This document shows positions 57,709 through 64,000 of a stretch of 64,000 nt of DNA, one piece after another. Positions within the stretch are counted from its first letter, which is position 1, and each line of letters starts with the position of its first letter. Under the pieces are notes generated by a model. It saw only the letters and a program-made list of their open reading frames with translations, searched no databases and was not told where the DNA came from. Position numbers and translations under genes: made by a program. The stretch lies in the NCBI GenBank assembly GCA_951406725.2, contig OX597832.1:25048001-25112000 (forward strand). The letters are read 5' to 3'. The stretch comes from Octopus vulgaris (Eukaryota).

Positions 57709-57746
57709 TATATGTATATAAATGAAATATTTATACACAAACATAC

Positions 57747-57806
<60 letters not shown>

Positions 57807-58876
57807 TATACGAGTTTATGTATATTTATATGTACACAGAGCAAAAGAGAGAAGAAATTTGTATGATGAAAATGTCTCTACTTTTAACTAACAACGAATA
57901 ATCGAGAGAAAACTTTGTAACAAATATACAGTCTTCCATTGATCGAAAACTAAAACAACAACAACAACAACAACAGCAACAACAACAACAACAGCAACGG
58001 AAAACAAACAACAAAATCAACGAGAACAACATCAAAATGAAGAAGAATTAAAAGCGGCAGATTTTCCAACAGAAGTTTAGAGATAAAACTAATCGACCAA
58101 TAGTCTATATTGTATCAATTGTAACTCAGTTTTTGAAAGATTTCCCTGTGGGAATTAAAGAAATGGCGTTCACTTTGTGTTCATCTATGTCTTGGAACTT
58201 CATATTGGTTCTTGTTTCTTTTATGATTTCTCTCTACTTATCTATTTATCTGTCTATATATTTATTTATTTATATATTTATCTATTTATGCATTATTTAT
58301 TTATTTATTTGTTTGTTTCCCTATCTATGTATTTAGATAATTTTCCTCTACGTTTATTTATTTTTAATATATTTATGTATTTCTCAGTTTCTAAAATGGC
58401 GGAATCGTTAGATTATCAGACAAGATGCCTCAGGACATGAATGATTGTTCTATCCTCGCTTAGTTTAGATTTCGTTGAAATCAACTTTGGCTTATATTCT
58501 TTCGAACTCCAACAACCAAAATACCGTTCGAATAGCGTTTAATAAACTACGCTTTTCCCAGAAAATATGTGGCTGTCTTAGATAAGATTAGAATTTAAAA
58601 CAAAAGAACCTCGTTATGATTTGTCGATTATGTAATAATATTTTTTTCCGTTTATCTTTCACTTTTCTCCATTCGTTCGATTGAACCCATGCGATGTAAG
58701 CCAACCTTGAAGGGTTACATCGAACAAATCTCCCCTATGTATTATACTTTTAAAGCCTGCTATTAATGCTATTGGCCTTTTTTGTCAAATCTCCACATTA
58801 CGGTGACAAAAACAAGCGCTGGGATGGCAAACACAAAGACGTACATTCAAGCACACGCTCAAACACCCTCCCACAT

Positions 58877-58932
<56 letters not shown>

Positions 58933-58979
58933 ATACATATATATATACATATACACACACACACACACACATATATACA

Positions 58980-59050
<71 letters not shown>

Positions 59051-59192
59051 GCACATTTATATATATTTACATATATATACACACACATATATGCACATAT
59101 ATATATATGTACATATATATATGTATATATATACATACATATATATATATACACGCATATATATATGTATATATACATAGACACACACACAC

Positions 59193-59248
<56 letters not shown>

Positions 59249-59616
59249 ATATATATACATATATATATATATATTAGCTTTTACCACAAACCTCTCACTA
59301 TTTCTACATCTCTCTCCACATACACACACATATGTGTGTGTATGTATATGTGTGGAGAGATGTAGAAAAACACACACACACACACATATATCTATGTGTG
59401 TGTTTGCGTGTGTAAACATAATTATAAGCCTTCGCCGTATATTGACTATAGTCTAATATTAGCACATATAAACCCCCATAACGGTAAAATTCGAGCTTTA
59501 GTACGCGTGGGAATTGAACTCACGTCTCGTATTTTCGCTATAAATGTGCTGACCAAGATTACACCAAATGAATAGAATTATAGGCTTTCGGTTTTTGCCG
59601 ATTAATCAAATCGTGG

Positions 59617-59976
59617 CACTCCGCCGGTTACGACGACGAGGGTTCCAGTTGATCCGATCAACGGAACAGCCTGTTCGTGAAATTAACGTGCAAGTGGCTG
59701 AGCACTCCACAGACACGTGTACCCTTAACGTAGTTCTCGGGGAGTGTGACAAGGCAAGCCTTTTGAAATACAGGTACACCATAAACACGAAGAAAGAGTG
59801 AGAGAAACCTGGGGTGACAGAGTACAGCAGGGTTCGCCACCATCCCCTGCTAGAGCTTCTTGGAGCTGTAGGTGTTTTCGCTAAATAAACACTCACAACG
59901 CCCGGTTTGGGAATCGAAACAGTGATCCCACGACCGCGAGTCTGCTTCCCTAACCACTAGGCCATTGCTCCTCCAC
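59617..59976 (-). mobile_element. SINE family C, near full length
   Basis: Colinear with 16781-17160. Confidence 0.9.
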
Positions 59977-60107
59977 TATTATAAAAATAAAATCTATTTA
60001 ACGTATTTCTGAAGTGTTAAACAATTTATTTTAATATAGTACGGAACTGAATTTTATACAGAAAAATTCAACAGAGACTTTGAAGTTTTAGTTTTCTCGC
60101 CTTTCTC

Positions 60108-60601
60108 TGACTGTCTGATGAAGGCAAGGGATCTTTTCGGTTTGAACGGCAGTTTTTCTAGCGGTGTCATATGAAATTGTCACCCATAATTACGATCCTA
60201 GTATCGATCTATTGCATTTCAATCTATTTTAGGGTTAGGGTTAGAGTTAGGGTTAGTTAGGGTTAGGGGTGGGGGAAGGGTATCTTTTTTTCTTCAGAAA
60301 TGTAAATAAACCCAATCTGTTTCTTAAACGAGGGACATTTTCATACGGCATAGAATGTTTTTTACCTCAATATACGTCATTGATTGGTTGAAATTGCAGT
60401 AATTGAAGAAAAAAAACAGCAAATATCTTACAAACTATAGAATTTTCTCAATAAAGCCAAGAGAAAAAGATGTTTTATAAACACATTCTACCAGTATAAG
60501 AAGTTTAAAAGTGTTTAGTTACGTGGAAATTATTTTAAAAAACTGCCGTTCAAACCGAAAAGATCCAAGGCAAGTAAGTCGAAACTTCGAAGTCACAATC
60601 A
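60108..60601 (+). ncRNA. Canonical minimal hammerhead ribozyme interrupted by the MITE
   Basis: Removing the MITE and one TSD gives TGACTGT CTGATGA A GGC AAGTAA GTC GAAAC TTCGAA GTC ACAATCA. Confidence 0.85.
60129..60566. mobile_element. MITE with 29-bp perfect TIRs and 8-bp TSD (Merlin-like), containing TTAGGG repeats
   Basis: GGATCTTTTCGGTTTGAACGGCAGTTTTT ... AAAAACTGCCGTTCAAACCGAAAAGATCC. TSD AAGGCAAG at 60121-60128 and 60567-60574. Confidence 0.92.
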
Positions 60602-61345
60602 ACCTTTTTCTTGTTAAAAAGATTATTTACTCATTTTTTATTCTAAGATTTACTGCAACTTTGTCCTTTTTCGTTTCCTGTCGCAAATCAGCTTTTCTGT
60701 GACAGGAGTTTGCTTATCCACGCCTTTCTCAACGCTTTCCCCTTTGGACAGAGAACGATGCAGGAAGCAATTCCTACGCAATACTTCTTACGTAGCTTAC
60801 TGCAAAAGAAAGAAAATAATTGCTTGCATTAATTTATCTTGTTTGTTATTTATCGTCGCAAGTAAAACAAATTTAAGCTGCCAGCAGGCAAAGACAGAGA
60901 TCGAGATCACAGCATTGAGATATAATGAATGTGGTGCCACTTCTAATACATTTACATAACTAGAGATCGTGGGAAAGGCATGACTGCAACACACCCGTAT
61001 AAAACTTAGAAAACTTTTGTAGATTAAAAAAACAAAAGATTTGTTTTCCTTTCTATACCAATTTTTTCGTTACAAATATCATATATGAATGGTTTCTCTT
61101 GAATAAATGATTCCATTTGACTTTATAGAAATATACAAAATGCGTAGAAAAACAAAAGTATTTGCGTAATTTGCTTTGTTTTCTAGTTTCTTTGGAATTC
61201 TTGAATAGTTTTTAAAGAATATTTTCGAAATGTTCGTTTTATTTTATGTTTATGTTTATTTATAGACATTTCTTTTTTTACTTTATCTCACATTTTGATT
61301 CTCCGTTCAGTAACATTCATTTCATTATAATTATTCAAAACCTTC

Positions 61346-61381
<36 letters not shown>

Positions 61382-61620
61382 GTCGTCGTCGTCGTCGTCG
61401 TCATCATCATCATCATTATTACGACCAGCACCAACAAAAATACTCCTCTTCATCTTCCCCTTTTCTTTCGCCTTCATCTTTTTCTAATTCCTGTTGTTGT
61501 TGTTGTTGCTCTTCTTCTTCTTCTTCTTCCTTTTCCTTCTTCTTCTGCTTCTTCAATTTCGTCCTCTTCTTCGTCTTCCTCCTCTCCTTATTGCGTCTTC
61601 TTTTTCTTCTTTTCCATTTT

Positions 61621-61659
<39 letters not shown>

Positions 61660-61960
61660 TAAATTCTTCTTCTTCATCGTCACCATGTTTTTCTTCTTCT
61701 TCATTGTTTGGTCGTCTTTAGTATTCTTCCTTGTTTATAAATTTAAAACGTTGAAGGTAATTCCTTAACAATATCTAACGAATGACTGAATAAACGAATT
61801 ACGGATTAAAGAATCGGAAATAATTGAGGAAAGACACGATAAGTCAAGTGAATGAAGGAATCAAAAGTCAGCCATTTTATTGCATAAACAATAACGATTT
61901 AATTTTTTTATATCATCAATGAATTCATTTGCATTATGATCAAGTATTTATGTATTAGTT

Positions 61961-61991
<31 letters not shown>

Positions 61992-61996
61992 TTATT

Positions 61997-62044
<48 letters not shown>

Positions 62045-62232
62045 TGTATGTATGTATGTATGTATATGTGTATATATGTATACATACATATGTTTATATG
62101 CATCTATATGTGCGTGTATGTGTATAAATGTACACATACATATATATGCATATCTCTCTTCCACTCTCTCTCCATTTATACAGACACACACATACATACA
62201 TACATACATACATACATACATACATACATACA

Positions 62233-62264
<32 letters not shown>

Positions 62265-62284
62265 CATATGCATATATATATATG

Positions 62285-62327
<43 letters not shown>

Positions 62328-63005
62328 CAGGTGAATGCTAAATATTTATGAGAAAGTTTTTCAGAATTCAAATACTTATATATATACACGCACAGACAGG
62401 TTTGTTTGTATGTATGTATGTACAGGTACATAGATATAAATTTCGTTATCGACCAAATATTTTTGAGAAAGTTTATTGTACTACATACACACACACACAC
62501 ACCCAAAACACACACACACACAGAGGCATACACGCACTCATTCACACACATGTACACACGTACACACACTCATAAAGACACAAGCGCACACAATCACTAA
62601 CACATACAGAGACAGACATACACATACGCATATACGTATATGTATATCATATACTTTGTACATATGTGATGTGATGTATTTGCTGTTCTGTGGTTATCAT
62701 CTTAATATTTATGGGGAAGTTTATTACAATTCCTTTATAAATTTCTTATTTGCTTATCTTTCTGAATTATTTCTGCTAAGTTTATTTGTTTACATTCAAT
62801 ATTGAAACACACACTCTCACACACAAGCATACATACACACACGCACGCACACTTATATATATATGTTGTCCTGTCTGTAGAAGAAATTTAGAGATGTGCT
62901 TTCACGTGTAACAATATGATTATATGAGGTCCCTCTCTCTATTAGTCACATACATATATAAACACACTATGTCTCTCAGTTTATGCGCATATATTTGTAT
63001 ACCTG

Positions 63006-63086
<81 letters not shown>

Positions 63087-63462
63087 GTATATATATATAC
63101 ACATATGTATATGTATATACGTATATATATATATATATATGTGTGTACATATACATATATATATGTATATGTATATATATGTATATTTATACATATATAT
63201 ATATATACACACACATTTACACACACACACACATATATATATATAATCATATATATAACGTATTGATTGCTCTTTGATTTGAACATATGATAGCCGTCTA
63301 ACATTCAAACAGATTATACATATTTGATCCGTTATGTGTCGTTTATGTTAACATAACAACAGAAAATGAAAGTAGAGGATAGTGAAGCATGATATATATT
63401 CATAAATGTCTGCATACACACACATAAATATATACATACATGTGCGTATGTGTACTGGGATA

Positions 63463-63509
63463 TTCTGTGGTGCCGGTTTCAAGTTCCTGGCTCATGAACA
63501 GCCACAAAA
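63463..63509 (-). ncRNA. Degenerate minimal hammerhead motif with 8-bp helix I
   Basis: Minus strand reads TTTTGTGG CTGTTCA TGAG CCAGGAA CTT GAAAC CGG CA CCACAGAA. Confidence 0.55.
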
Positions 63510-63881
63510 GTGAAAAGTGCGTTGGGCATAAGAGATATACGTTTGTGTTTCCTTCCCAATTTGTTCTACAATTTCTCTGTATATCCAGTAATAATACTAA
63601 GTATTACTAAATATAGCAGTCTACATAAACCTCTCCACTCGAAGCAGATTGGATGATGATAATCTTTGTAGAGCTCCAAACTCAGCATTGGTATTCGTTC
63701 ATCGAATTGTAGACATGATGAAAAAAATTATTCAAAATGTATAAATAAATGATGAGGAAAGAGTCGGTACAGTTTAGGTTATCTGTTGTTTTCCCTAGAT
63801 TTACCCCGGGAACTTCGTAGTGGCATTTGGGGTAACAGTATTAATAAGAGAGTTGATGGAATATGTGTTAGACTTTATTAA

Positions 63882-63926
63882 GTACGACACCTGTTTCGAC
63901 CCGTCATTCTAAGTCTCTTCGGGTAC
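63882..63926 (-). ncRNA. Minimal hammerhead ribozyme (U4C core variant)
   Basis: Minus strand reads GTAC CCGAAGA GACTT-agaatgac-GGGTC GAAAC AGGT GTC GTAC. Confidence 0.75.
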
Positions 63927-64000
63927 ATCAGAAAAAGAGTCGCACTAGAAGTTTCTTGTGCCGGTTTGCTTAGCGCTATATGTCCATCAAACACATTCCA

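Noticed and set aside
60229-60268. Chromosome end or fusion scar
   Set aside because: Only about 6 degenerate TTAGGG units, and they are internal to a MITE.

Overview
AT-rich eukaryotic intergenic or intronic DNA, saturated with microsatellites ((TA)n, (TATC)n, (CA)n, (TAA)n, (CAT)n). It is most likely from an octopod cephalopod; this is inferred from three abundant tRNA-derived SINE families that resemble the Octopus OK/OR types. I found no intact host gene, and almost all listed ORFs are microsatellite artefacts. The window holds many SINE copies (some as tandem dimers or trimers with target-site duplications), a decayed Tc1/mariner (maT/DD37D-like) transposon with TIRs, CR1 and R4/Dong LINE fragments, and two non-autonomous Helitrons. 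It also holds a Merlin-like MITE carrying TTAGGG repeats, a 39-bp minisatellite, a ~1-kb element nested in a SINE, and a 139-bp inverted duplication. The main hidden signal is more than a dozen minimal type-I hammerhead-ribozyme (HHR) motifs of the Penelope-like-element kind (helix I, CUGANGA, helix II, GAAAC, palindromic helix III, GUH, helix I'). They belong to several unrelated short families and mostly sit beside (TA)n tracts. One canonical HHR is split in loop 2 by the MITE, and two fold-back elements carry a U3:A8 compensatory core. All folds were read by eye and need computational and biochemical confirmation.
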